The notes beneath the pieces were generated by a model that was not told the origin of the DNA, made no database searches, and saw nothing but the letters and a program-made list of their open reading frames with translations. Below are positions 36,327 through 48,816 of a stretch of DNA of 64,000 nucleotides, piece by piece. Source of the DNA: Octopus bimaculoides (taxonomy: Eukaryota). Within the stretch, counting starts at the first letter, position 1, and each line of letters starts with the position of its first letter. The translations under genes and the position numbers were made by a program. Where the stretch lies: contig NC_068983.1 of NCBI RefSeq assembly GCF_001194135.2, positions 116,163,606-116,227,605 of the forward strand, given 5' to 3'.

Positions 36327-36866
36327 ATGGAAACCTCCAATTTTGCTAAAGATTATGAAGACATTGTCAATGAAATCAAAGACTTTATTGCTTCTCTTAA
36401 TATTTCAGATGAAGAGGACCAGTCCTGTACAAACCCTTGCTTCATTGGCAACAACAATAGCCAACACCAACTTCAATCAAGTTCATTATCTTCATCATCA
36501 TCGTTATCATCGTCATCCTCGACCAACAGTCTGTTTACAACCAGTATTCCAACATTATCATCATCTACAGTCAACTTTGTCACTGCCAACAGTTTGTACA
36601 ACTCGACTCTCAAAGCCGGTTTGGTTGGCCCTACTCCTTCTACTTCAACAACTACAGATACATCTCAATCTCCAAACACACCTGACGGAACTAATATCAA
36701 GACAAGCAACGATTTCATCCAAACTTCAAAAGAACCCAAACCCCCAAGTGTCAACCATACTTTTACCAACGGAAGAATGGCTGACCATGTGGGGATTAAC
36801 ACTGGGACTTCGAATCCCAAACGAGTCAAAGCTATGCACAATTTCAAAGGCTCCAACAATGATGAA
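36327..36866 (+). CDS. ARHGEF7: First coding exon of a Pix-family Rho GEF (ARHGEF7/betaPix-like): Ser/Thr-rich N-terminal extension plus the N-terminal half of the SH3 domain
   Basis: The ORF starts at ATG 36327 with an in-frame TAG just upstream (36318-36320) and runs 180 codons to GATGAA|GTAAGT (donor at 36867, phase 0). Its end, KRVKAMHNFKGSNNDE, resembles the SH3 start of Drosophila RtGEF/dPix (VVQAEYSFMGSNNDEL) and human betaPix (VVRAKFNFQQTNEDEL), both recalled from memory. The rest of the SH3 and the DH/PH exons were not found in the window. Confidence 0.78.
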
Positions 36867-36982
36867 GTAAGTTTACCTTATAATTTATGTTGATTATTGC
36901 ATGTTATTACTGTCGATTTGCATTACATGAAATTTTTGTCTGCATACATTGTATATATTTCTATAACATCCAAACTCTGTGA

Positions 36983-36984
<2 letters not shown>

Positions 36985-37037
<53 letters not shown>
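36985..37037. repeat. (TA)n microsatellite
   Basis: Direct reading. Confidence 0.95.
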
Positions 37038-37041
<4 letters not shown>

Positions 37042-37715
37042 CATATAATGATATCTACCAAATGTATTGGTAAGATAAAACATGCAATCGTTACCAAAAT
37101 AGCAAATATATATATATATATATATATGTAAATGTATGTATAATGGAGAGCTGTCTGTATTTTGAGGTACATGTGCTTATTTAAGCTTTTAAAATGGTCA
37201 TGGTAGTAAAGTTGGTCTTTTTAGCTGTGTTGTGTTTGTATTCCATCAAGCTATGTTGCATCTCATTAAAATGGTTTAGAATTAAGAGAATGACGTGCTT
37301 TACAAATACAAGCAAGTAAATGCTATAATGTTTTGTGTAGATAAGTATAAGCTGTTGGTTTGTGTCATGTTAAGAGTTTCTTATAGGATCCTTTTCGATT
37401 TAAATGTAACAGTAGCTTGGTGAATATAATGTTGCAAATAAACATTTAGTGGTATTCTGTTTCTAGTTTTTATAAGTAGGTTTCACATTCATAAAACCAT
37501 ACACAGCTGCAAACGCACACTGGTATATTTATATCATTATCCCTTTGTATAACTGCATGCATACTTCCTTATAGTTGTCACATTTAACAAGTACCAGAAA
37601 TTTTCATTTTACTGGTTTTTTTTTTTAATATTTCAAAAAAATTAAGAAAATTACATTATGATACAATGTGTGTGTGTTACACATTAATTTTAATCAAAAT
37701 TAAACTTTGATATAT

Positions 37716-37965
37716 AAGCGCAGGAGTGGCTGTGTGGTAAAGTAGCTTGCTTACCAACCACATGGTTCTGGGTTCAGTCCCACTGCATGGCACCTTGGGC
37801 AAGTGTCTTATACTATAACCTTGGGCTGACCAAAGTCTTGTGAGTGGAAGCCCATCGTGTATATATATATATNNNNNNNNNNNNNNNNNNNNNNNNNNNN
37901 NNNNNNNNNNNNNNNNNNNNNNNNNNNNNNNNNNNNNNNNNNNNNNNNNNNNNNNNNNNNNNNNN

Positions 37966-38023
<58 letters not shown>

Positions 38024-38172
38024 TGAGTCTGTGTTGTTTCCACCCCAACATCGCTTGACAACCTATGTTAATGTGTTTAGGTCCACGTAAATTAGCAGTT
38101 TGGCAAAAGAAACTGATAGAATATGGACTAGGCTTAGATAGAATATGTCCTGGGGTTGCTTTGTTCGACTAA
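37716..38172 (+). mobile_element. SINE family A in the first Pix intron
   Basis: Head, a long internal (TA)/(TG) tract with an N gap, and a partial tail. Confidence 0.85.
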
Positions 38173-39549
38173 CATAAAAGAATATAAAGATATATAAGTT
38201 CATTCTGTTTCCTTTCACTGTTTTTCCAGTTGTTATTCCAGTCATGAAATAAATGGTTGTTGGTTTTCATGTATTTTAGTATAGAACACTTTTTCAAGGC
38301 TATTCCTTTTTCTTCTATATATCAAAGGCGAAATTTATTTCTTCATCACCTGATATAATTTCTTCTAAGATATCAATTACCAAATGCCAATTTAATGAGA
38401 CTAAATTTGTTAAATGATGTAAAAAGACTAAATTAAAGTGATTTCCTTCCAGAAAATGAACAAAAGATTTAATTAGTAGTGCAGTCACATGCTATCTCAT
38501 TCATTTGCTTTTTATATATTAAAAAAAAAAATTTTACATTAATTCTTTCAATGGCTTGGTCCAGAAGTTTGATGTACCTTGTATCAATACCAATTTATAA
38601 CTCTTAATTTAAAAGAGAAACAGTGAATATCAAGGAAACAGCATACTCCTTTATAACAACAATTATTTGTTGTTCTTGTTTGACAATATTGTCAGTTGAG
38701 AATATTTTGTTTCCTTCCTCATTGGCTGTTTTTCTAAGTTCAGTCTCACCCATATGTTACAAATCATCTGTGCACACTAGCTTTTATAATCTTAAATCTC
38801 ATCACTTCCTGTCGGTAACCTCATAGCTAGGGTTCTCTGACATGCATCTATTCCCTGTAGTTTGCTCTTCAAATGGTCTCCACTTCATATGTCTTATGTC
38901 TTTACTACATCCTCTAATCTATGGTTTTGCAGTATCTGATAAACATTTTCAGATGTTCCGTACCAAGGTTCAGCTTCATTAAATTATTTTGCACTTGCAG
39001 AAGAACTAACATCAAATTTGTCTCCCAAGTGATTGATATCTTTCTAAATTAAAATAATTTTCACTGAAGTTGCTTTAATATTTTCCCTGTTGTAAGCTGA
39101 TACTGTTCCCAGTTTCATTGCCTTATAGTATGATTAAGTAATCCTTAGAGAACTGGCAGGTTAGAGATGGCAGAGATAAAATTTTGATTTGAAAGAAGTC
39201 GTTAACTTGTATCTGCAGGATATATATTTAATTTTGTTTTTGTTCATTAGAGCTGATCATGAAAATGATAAAAAAAAAATTGGAATGTTAATATTTCCAG
39301 GTTTAAAATATAGTTACTGTTATATATAGATTATATACACAATCAAAAGTTTTCATGAGATTCAGACATACTCCATTTTGATTCTGATACTCTTTTTATT
39401 ACCAATTTTTAATTGCCTATTTCAAGGGTGTGCAATGTAGAATAAATATTTTTTTTTTCTAATCTTAATGATCTTTTTCATAACTTTTGGCATGAAAATT
39501 GTATGTCAGTTCTACCAATTAATATTTAGATAGTAGGAGGGAGGAATTT

Positions 39550-39997
39550 CAACCATGTTTCGTGGTCTGCTACCACAACAGCTCCTTTATAGGATCCAGT
39601 TAGCTCAAGACATCATCAGGAGGAACCACGTCCGGTTTCGGCCCCTACTCCTCTACCGTTTTGACGTGGCGGTTNNNNNNNNNNNNNNNNNNNNNNNNNN
39701 NNNNNNNNNNNNNNNNNNNNNNCCCCTTTCGGAGGTGTCTTCAGCTCTGGTGTTGGGTGCATGTCTTCTTTCACTGTTTGTGACTGTTCTAATTCAACTG
39801 TGGAATGTCCCTCGCTATGGTTATTTTCCAGGAGGTTCTGGCCACACGTCTTACGGTTCATCAACCCGCGTTGTTGAATTACTTTCTTCCGACATACCTT
39901 CCCTTGGTGGATTACTATCCAGTTAGCTGAAGACATCATCAGGAGGAACCACGTCCGGTTTCGGCCCCTACTCCTCTACCGTTTTGACGTGGCGGTT
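39550..39997. mobile_element. Young CpG-rich element with an 81-bp direct repeat; Penelope-like or retrozyme-like (tentative)
   Basis: 39594-39674 and 39917-39997 match at 80/81 positions. Minus-strand motifs CTGAAGA, CTGATGA, GAAACCGG and GAAACATG are present. A 48-N gap lies inside. Confidence 0.45.
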
Positions 39998-41478
39998 TTG
40001 TAAACATAACTATAAATTGGATATTACATATTGAATGAACATGTGAAAGAAGCTAACTAACTGCAAGGTACTTGAGATGTAATTCAAAGAAATCTTGGTT
40101 TACTCTTAAGATGAGATCTGCCTGATATCACCTCTGGTTCTGTGATAAAAACTTCAAGTTTTAAAAATGATCATAATTAAAATCTTCCGTCAAAATTTCC
40201 TATTAATTTATGTTCCAAACACCAACTTAAAAATGACCGAGTTCTTTTGAATTCTTCATTGGTTTAAGAATTAACTGAAGCAAAGGCAGTGTTATTTCAG
40301 CAGAAATATGGTACCAAAAATCCATGCTCATAGATCCATGTAGAAATGTTGTACTGCATGCCAACATGAAAAAATAGCTGCTAAAAAAGATTACGAGGAT
40401 GATGGTTCATTTTTCATGAGCTCAGATGATGATCCAGTCACCTGTTACACAGTTTTGGGAGCGTTTAATTTGACAAAACATTCAGTTCATCAGTATTAAC
40501 TTGAAAGTATCTACTGACTTTTAAGTACTCTTTGGCTCTTAGTGAATTAGTAATGTTGGTGCTCTGCTTTGTTGAATGTTATGGTAACAATTAGACTTGA
40601 CACTGTGCTAGTCAAACAATAGATTTCTTGGAGTGATGGCAATCTTATTATACTATATCATCTGCTGGTGTTGCTGATTATTAGCCAGCTCTTTCATATA
40701 ATTGTTTTACACTTTGTTTATTTTTTTATTTATTTATTAGACTCCTTAGTTACAATCAGTGTAACATTTCTGGAAAGGTTTAATAGTATGTTTCAACCTT
40801 GATCTACAGAGCTAATGAGTGTTCTCATTGAAATGAAATTCTCATTTACATTTGTAAATTGATTCATTGGCAAAATTGAAAGTCCATTTGAAAGATGTAA
40901 ATCCAGCTGATTATCATTTCCTGCTTATTAATGTTTGCATATCCATGTCTTTTATGGTATTGAAATTTAGTTAATATTAAGAATTAATCTCTAAATAGAC
41001 CTTTGTAGAAAGTTCTGGTTTTACTGTTGAATTGTGTTGACTGAATAAAATAACTCATTTTTGTGATTATATAAATGATATGTAACTGTGTTTCAATATC
41101 TTCAGTCAAATGTCTTACATTTCTTCTTAACTGGATTGGCGAATATTTGTGTTGCAAACAGGGAAAATGTATTCAATAAAATGCATTTTATTGTTCAAGA
41201 AGCTAAAACTTCTTGAACAATTGGAAATATTAAATTAGAATTATAGAATTTAAGAAGCTTCAACTTGTAATAATGATAATCTATGTACTTTTAAAAAAAT
41301 TTATGTTAACATTCCTTTCACATCACTAATAATTAATAAAGTCAGCTGTATGTTACTGATTAATGAAAATTAAAGAGTGCCTATTTAACGAACTTAGAAA
41401 TGCCACTTTCGTTTATCTATGCTATCGTATTAAAGATACTGTTTATTTACATTTTATCAGGTGGTTTGATTAAATTAA

Positions 41479-41694
41479 TCCATTAACATTTAAACCAGCC
41501 ATAACTGGCCTAAATATACAACCTGTCTTATGTTCAAGCTGGTCAGATCTGGCCACTCACACATATTCTACAATGTCATTCTGAAAATATACAGTCACAT
41601 CATCAAAATCTTGAAGCTATGAGATAATACCCAATTACTTGAAAACAATGTAAATAAATATTACATTTTATAGAGTAATGTGAATGCTAAGAGG
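41479..41694. mobile_element. TTAA MITE (same family as 11157 and 20660)
   Basis: TTAA|TCCATTAACATTTAAACCAGCC...GAATGCTAAGAGG|TCAA. Confidence 0.7.
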
Positions 41695-42599
41695 TCAAGG
41701 AAAGTTTTTTTATATGGAGTTATTGGAAATATTTGTTTGTAATTTTCGTTTATTCAAACTCCTGATTTGTTCATTTATATAAATTTTGGTTTAGTTGAAT
41801 TATTAGTCTTGAATATACTTTTATTCTTGTACTATTAGAACTTGGAATATCTGAAGGAAATAGTATATTATTTTTCGGTTAAATGCACTAGAAACACTGA
41901 AATAAATGATTCAACAAGAAAAGAAATTTTTGATTTAATTTGTGTCAAAATAATAATTACTTAAATATTACAGAGTAGCTAGCAAGAGTAATTTAATTCT
42001 TCAGCTGATTATTTAATTTTAATGTGAATACAATAGGTATATCACATTACCTTAGTGACTAAATATAAAATTGTTCAGATAGGCACCTGCATTTAAATAT
42101 TAGATTTTAAAGTAGTTACTAGGACTGTGTTGTCCAAAGATTGTGAGCTGTTGAGACTGCAGGCTTTCTGCCTATACTGATAGCCCAAGTCATTAGTTGC
42201 AATAATTGTCCTTGACATGCTAGAAATAGCAGCCAAATCTTCATCACTCTTAGGATGGTCAAGTCTGGTGTGTTTTACTGTAAGTTTGTTTTATCAGTGT
42301 TGATCTGGACTAAGATAATAAAGTTGTCTGGTGTATTTACTAGAAATTATGTGATATCTTTATAAGTACATATTAAGTCTTGTGGCACTGTATTAACTGA
42401 CGAATGAAGTGGTTATTTGTGAAACATATGTATGTATGTATGTATTGAAACTCATATTTGTCAAGTCTAAAGAAAGTGGCAGTGTCCATGAACTTTGCAG
42501 ACCCTCCAAGACTGGTAAGCTTGATACCATTTATGTTCTGTTTAAACTTTAGCAAGTAATATTTGCAGGAAACATGAACAGAAAGGAAATTTCAGAAGG

Positions 42600-43090
42600 T
42601 TGATGTTCTAAGAAGGTAAGAGTAGGCATAGGGCTAGAGTGGAGCCTGGAGGGTTGGATACAATAAGTGTGACAAGAAGTAGATCCGAGGAATAGGAGCT
42701 GTAATAGTAGTAATAGAAAAGGCAGAAGGAGGAGGCAATATGCTTGTGAGCGAGTGAGCAGAGCACGTTTGTGAATGATTTAATGCCACTCATTCAAGCG
42801 ACCCTTCTCTGAATGTAATTTAGAATAGAATTTCCATGTGTATGCCTGCATCACTGTCCAAAAAGTTGGAGTAGTACTCTATTGTGGGTTTTATTTGAGT
42901 TTTGTTGAATGTCAGCTATTGTTGTAGGGCTGAAGAGAAGGGCCAGTCTTTGGGATGCTATGCAATCTATTTAAGGATGTGTTTTTGCCAGGAGAGATCC
43001 TTGTTTAAAATGAGTGATATTTTGATTGGCTATGGGTGTTGTAGCTGAGTGCCATTTCTTTTTAAGGGTATATGGTGTATTTTCTTGGTA
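42600..43090 (-). mobile_element. Degraded CR1/Jockey-type LINE fragment
   Basis: Translation ILNYIQRRVA..LCSLAHKHIASSFCLFYYYY resembles LDxIQRRAxRL..LxSLAHRRxVSSLCLFYRYY. Confidence 0.6.
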
Positions 43091-43684
43091 TGAGTTGTGC
43101 TTGAGTTTATTTACTTTTCAAAAGTAAGTAAATATAAATAACAAAGTTCAAATTCTGGAGTATTAAGATAAAAAAAAAAAAGAAACATAACTTGCCTTGT
43201 CCCCATTGGTTGTTTATAGATTTAACAAAGACGTGTGTGATGTACAGATATTGACATAATACATGGTTCCTTACCCAGAACAATTATTTTTGTAATATTT
43301 TGCTAAACTCTAGATTATCTGAAGCAAACCACAATAAAAGAAATATGATTATCATTGCTACTTTATAGCGACTTCTCAGTAATTTTGAAAGAAATTTATC
43401 TAGGTTTTAACTTTTTTATTTGAATATTTCCATAGATTTAGGCAAAAAAAAAAAAAAATTAGAATTATTATTTTACTTTGAAATCATGGCATTACTGTTA
43501 TTTTGTTTGTTGTTTTTTTTGTCTTTTTGCTTTGTATTTTTAAACATTTCATCATGATTTCAAAACATTTCATTCAGATATGAATTGGATGGTTTTACAG
43601 TTAACTCTATTGTCATTAGTGTCACTGGACATAAATTCAAAATCTGTCTATTTGTTTGTCTGTCTGTCTGGCCATCTGTCCCTC

Positions 43685-43731
<47 letters not shown>

Positions 43732-44499
43732 TACACACATATACAGTTTTCTCTATTTTGTAGAGTGACTGTATTTGATAATGGTGTTGATGTATTCTGA
43801 GGTGTTGAGTGGCCATATATATGTTTTTTCTCTGAAATAACTCCTCAAATTGTATAGTATGTTATAGTATGTTCTCAAATGTATTAGCTTCTGTAGTGTT
43901 ACTGAATATATTTATATATCTGGACATGAAATCAAGTTGTTTATTTACTAAATAAACTGACCTTTGATCTGATTTGCATTTACTTCAGGCTGTAGTATAA
44001 AAAAGAAATTATTCTGAGTCACATATCTGTGTCTTAGTAGTGGTGATTATTCTGAATTTAACTTGCAATCTGACTACTGTAGTTTTATGAAGGGAAACTA
44101 CTGTTGTCAGTAGGAGGTAAGTGGTGGGTAGATAGAGAGGGGTTACCCAGTGGTTGGACTGAAAACTGGCAAAGATAAAGCAAAGATTTGATAAAACCTA
44201 AAGGGAATAGAGCTTTTGTTTGTTTATGTCATAGCAGAAAGTATGTCAGTTTTTTTTTCTTAATTTACTGTAGAATTGATGAGAATTGTCAAATTTTCAG
44301 TCAAGTTAGGCAAAATTCTAAACAAATTTATGTCAGCAAGATTTAAAATATACTGACATCATTTTAGGATTTGGAGAACCTGAAATTTCCATTTAATATT
44401 TTAAAAACAACCTGTTTTAATTAAATTATGTAGTGGTGGTAACATTGGTCAAGTTTTTTCAAGACTAATATTTGTCTTGAAATTAATATTTGTGTAAGA

Positions 44500-45145
44500 C
44501 ATGAACTTAAGTTGCAAAAACTATCAACTAGTCTTAGTGAGCCTTCCAAGCATTTGCTGGAATATATGTCATGTGCATTCTTATTGCTAATCACTCCTGT
44601 GCATCTGCCACATACGAAGTTGGCTTTCTCAGCCAACCCGTATGTGGTCCTTAGTAGTGGAGGTGACTATACTGAAATCGTAGTATCCAGGGTAAGAATG
44701 GAGTGAAAAAGTCCAAGGAGCTACTACTTCAGGTGGCAATAAAAGGCTTTCCTTTCAGAGTGAAGGGCAGATTGCATGTTCCTTGAATACAATGTGTAAT
44801 GCTGCATGGTAACAATGTGGGTTTAGGATACAAATTTGTGATAACTGGAAAAAAAAATTGAAGTAAGCATGCTCTACTGGATGCTTAATGTTAGTGCGCA
44901 TGAATGACAGAGCATGAATATTCTGAGAGAAAAACTGAATGTAAGAGGTACCAGTTGTAGCATGTAGGAGCAAAGATTGTGCTAGTCTGGACATGTGGTG
45001 CCTCTCATGGATATCGTTGGTATGAAGAAGTACCAAACACTGGAAGTGGGTAGAATCTATGAAAGAGGGAGACCAAATAAGATGTGGGGTGAAGAGGTGA
45101 AAACTTTCAAGAAGCTGAATGTCAGAGAAGAGATGACAAAGATCT
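44500..45145. mobile_element. RTE LINE 3' fragment with an inverted 5' segment
   Basis: 44505-44642 on minus encodes AEKANFVCGRCTG..KCLEGSLRLVDSFCNL. 44646-45145 on plus continues VLSSGGDYTEIVVSRVRME. Both align to the 13966-14220 copy. Confidence 0.8.
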
Positions 45146-45151
45146 ATCCAC

Positions 45152-45544
45152 TATCTTGAATTGATATAGGGGGATGAGATTTCTGTGGGGTTGATTTAGA
45201 TATATCAGCATCCTTTGCTAAATTTTATTACAAGCAATAAATAATGATTAATAATTTAGAGAACAATTGTAATAATAACTCTGAGGAATAATTATGGAAA
45301 ATAATTTTGAAGTTTGAATTTGATTGACTCTAACATTTCCTAGTTTATTATTATTTTTTAAAATGAAAATAACTGGGTTAGTAGGTGTGGCTGTGTTTAA
45401 TTTACTTATTCTGTCTGTTCTTCATATACTTAACCTGAGTACTTGTACCTTGTAATTCATTTGCTATTTCTATCTTGTCTGCTTTGGATGAATATATTAT
45501 TGGTACATGTAGGCTCTTTTACATTCAGCTAAAGAAATTCATTG
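45152..45544 (+). repeat. ~393-bp local direct duplication, copy 1
   Basis: TATCTTGAATTGATATAGGGGG...CAGCTAAAGAAATTCATTG is repeated at 46569-46963 with few differences. Confidence 0.95.
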
Positions 45545-46568
45545 GCAAACCAGTTAAGTTAATTGCAGTGGTGATGGAGGTTGGAATCTATGATACACCT
45601 TTGAGTTTTTTGCCCTATTAAGTCATATTCACTATCCTCTTGTCTATCGCACTCTATGTTAATGAAGATGCTGCACTCATTTCATATATGACAGTTGGAA
45701 AATGAAGAGAGGACTAATTGAAAAGAAAAAAAAAAAAAAAAAAAAAATCCTCTGATTGGAAAACAGTCTAATGTATTTAGTTCCTTGTATCTTTTATTAG
45801 GAAGAGTAGCATGTGAAAAGGTTGAGTCTTTTATATTTCTATTATTTGAATGGGTGAGCTTGCAGAATCATTAAGGTGCCAGAAAAATTGCAAAATGCAT
45901 TTCAGTATTTCCTCCATTTCTCTATGTTCTGAAATCAAATCCCTCCAAATTCAAATTTACTTTTCATCCTTTTGGAATCAATAACACAAAGTACTTGTCT
46001 AGTACTGGGGTTAATGGTATCAGCCTAACCTTCCCCTCAAAATTGTCAACCATGTGCCATGATCAGAAACAATCATTTAAGGTTAATGCTTTAGAATGGC
46101 CATTCAACATTTTTCTCCCGATATTACTTTGCATATTAGCTGTTGTTGCTTGCTGTCATAAGTGTTTTTTGGCAAATGAATTATGTATATGTTTGATTCC
46201 AGAATACACAATGTTTACCCCATCTCTTTATGTATTATCCTGTCATCACATCACTTGTTCAGTGTACTATAAGACACTGTCATGTTGTTTGCATGTATTC
46301 CCTGTTGAAATATGATACTGGGTTAAAGATTGTCCTAACTGAAATGACTAGTTTTATTCAACTTCTTAAGAATAGAAATACTGAAAACAAGTATTTGTAC
46401 AGCTCAGTTTATGAAAGTATTTATTATATGGAGAATCAGTTATTTGGAACTTGTGATTAAACTTAAATTCCAACCATAACTCTTAGTAAGGTATTTGTTT
46501 CCTTATAATGATTTCCTTTATAACCAGCACATTCTCTATTTGAGATGTTTGTTATGAAAGTAATATAA

Positions 46569-46963
46569 TATCTTGAATTGATATAGGGGGATGAGATTTC
46601 TGTGGGTTTGATTTAGATATTTCAGCATCCTTTGCTAAATTTTAATACAAGCAACAAATAATGATTAATAATTTAGAGAACAACTGTAATAATAACTCTG
46701 AGGAATAATTATGGAAAATAATTTTGAAGTTTGAATTTGATTGGCTCTAACATTTCCTAGTATATTATTATTTTTTTTTAAATGAAAATAACTGGTGTAG
46801 TAGGTGTGGCTGTGTTTAATTTACTTATTTTGTCTGTTCTTCATATACTTAACCCGAGTACCTGTACCTTGTAATTCATTTGCTATTTCTATCTTGTCTG
46901 CTTTGGATGAATATATTATTGGTACATGTAGGCTCTTTTACATTCAGCTAAAGAAATTCATTG
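46569..46963 (+). repeat. ~395-bp local direct duplication, copy 2
   Basis: See 45152-45544. Confidence 0.95.
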
Positions 46964-48779
46964 ATATATATGAGAGAGAGAATGAAGTAATGAATGATAA
47001 TATTATTAAAGAAGTAGATCTGCTAGAATATAAAGGTACTAATATATTAGTAAGGGTGGATTTACAGCTGCCAGAGATTTTCTTGTTAGGATATTTTTAT
47101 GATTTGGCTTTCAAATGAAACACTTTTTTTTTTATTATTTATTTCTCCTACTGTCTTGATAAAGGACACATTGGATAATGTAGTTTGGGCTACACTATTC
47201 TTGAAATAAAGACAGAGTAGTCATAGTTTGATTGGCTTTGATCAGAAGTCTGTTTGATCATGGTTGACATGGAGCTAAACAGCTAGTTTTTGCATGTATT
47301 TTCCTTTCTTTTGTATGGGTTTAATCTGTTGGCAGGGACTATACCCATGGCCATCACAAGCCTTTGGAGACTGGTGTTGTGAACAATAATAAAAGTTCTC
47401 AATATTACTATTTTCCTTTGATAGTGTGGAATTGGCTGGTTTGTGATATAATTGTGTTATGCATTTCAAACTGTGTGATCATATCTGTAAGGCCCAGTGC
47501 TTATGTTTCATTTATTTCATCTTTGATCTATTGCATATATCCTTAACACCAAACTGTAGTATTTTCCCAGCAAATATGCATCAATTTTTCACATTACATA
47601 TTTATTCTAGAGCAGTTGTTTTTCCTATCTACATCTGTTAATGCCTTTGTTATCACATTTGTTTCTTAATTCACTTACACTGAACTATTCTTGTAAGATA
47701 TTACACATCCAGCTGACTTTATTCTCCTGTTACTATATATCTTCTTCATCTACTGCTCATTATATTGCTATATGGCATTACATTTCTACATATCACCATA
47801 GTTAGCTTCTCATTTTGCAAGAAAAATCTTTTGTTGCCAAGGGAGGTAGTAGTAGTTCTTATTTCACCTCCCTGAAACTTTAGCCAATCACTGACTTTCT
47901 ACATCACTGTGTGTTTAGTCAAAAGTATTTAGTATTTTTTTCTTATGTCATTGAAAACTATACCTTTCCTTAACTTGATAGGCCACTGTCTTAGGTGTTT
48001 AGCTCCAATTAGGATTAATTGAATACATATGTGACTTTAGTATACAAAATATAATGGTATGCTATTGGCATTTATTTTTACTTTGATGGGATTTGAACTT
48101 GAAATAGCTGTTAGATAGTTCTCTACAATTTCTACCCTCCACGATTTCAGTTAGAAAGGTGAATTATTAGCAACAAGCTCCATTGAGTAGAGGTAAGTTT
48201 CTGGGCAGTCAGTCTTAAAAGCTGGTTTCTATTTTAGGTGTTTATTTAGGTGGTGTTGTTTTATTTCCTTTCCACATACATTGTGAATGCTTTTGAGAAA
48301 GCCATAAATATCACTACTTCTCATTCATTCCTTTGCTTCTCCAACCTTTTGCCTATCAAAGAAACAATACTAGTAATTATAATTACTAACATACTGAGTT
48401 AATAGTTTTAGTATTTGTTCATAATAAGCAACTTTATACTTCTCTAAATACATTTGATTTCATTATTAAGTCTGTAGGTCACTATGAATAGAATTTATTT
48501 AAATGAAAATAAAAAACAAAAAGCCAGCAAAAATTAAAACGAATAAAGAATAAAACATCTGTGGTGATAGCAGTGTTTTGTTAAGTTCTTCTCTGAAGGG
48601 TGGGATGGTGAAGATGTTTGTTGTTGGACCGAACTTCCACTGATATAGCCTGTTCTTTGTCAGAATATGGTGTATAGAACCATTTATGGGGAATATCTTT
48701 CAGGGAAGTTAATTGCTTCAGAGTGAAATAATGCAGTATTTTATAAAAGTTAATACATTACCCATGTGTATTTTTTTTT

Positions 48780-48816
<37 letters not shown>

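Noticed and set aside
36343-36870. 175-aa alternative-frame ORF (and the antisense ORF 36665-36859)
   Set aside because: These are shadows of the low-complexity Pix exon; the SH3 motif and the donor phase fit the 36327 frame.
39594-39674. 81-bp repeat as a contig-overlap artefact at the gap
   Set aside because: The second copy is ~195 bp beyond the gap rather than at its edge, the upstream flanks differ, and the copies differ by one base.
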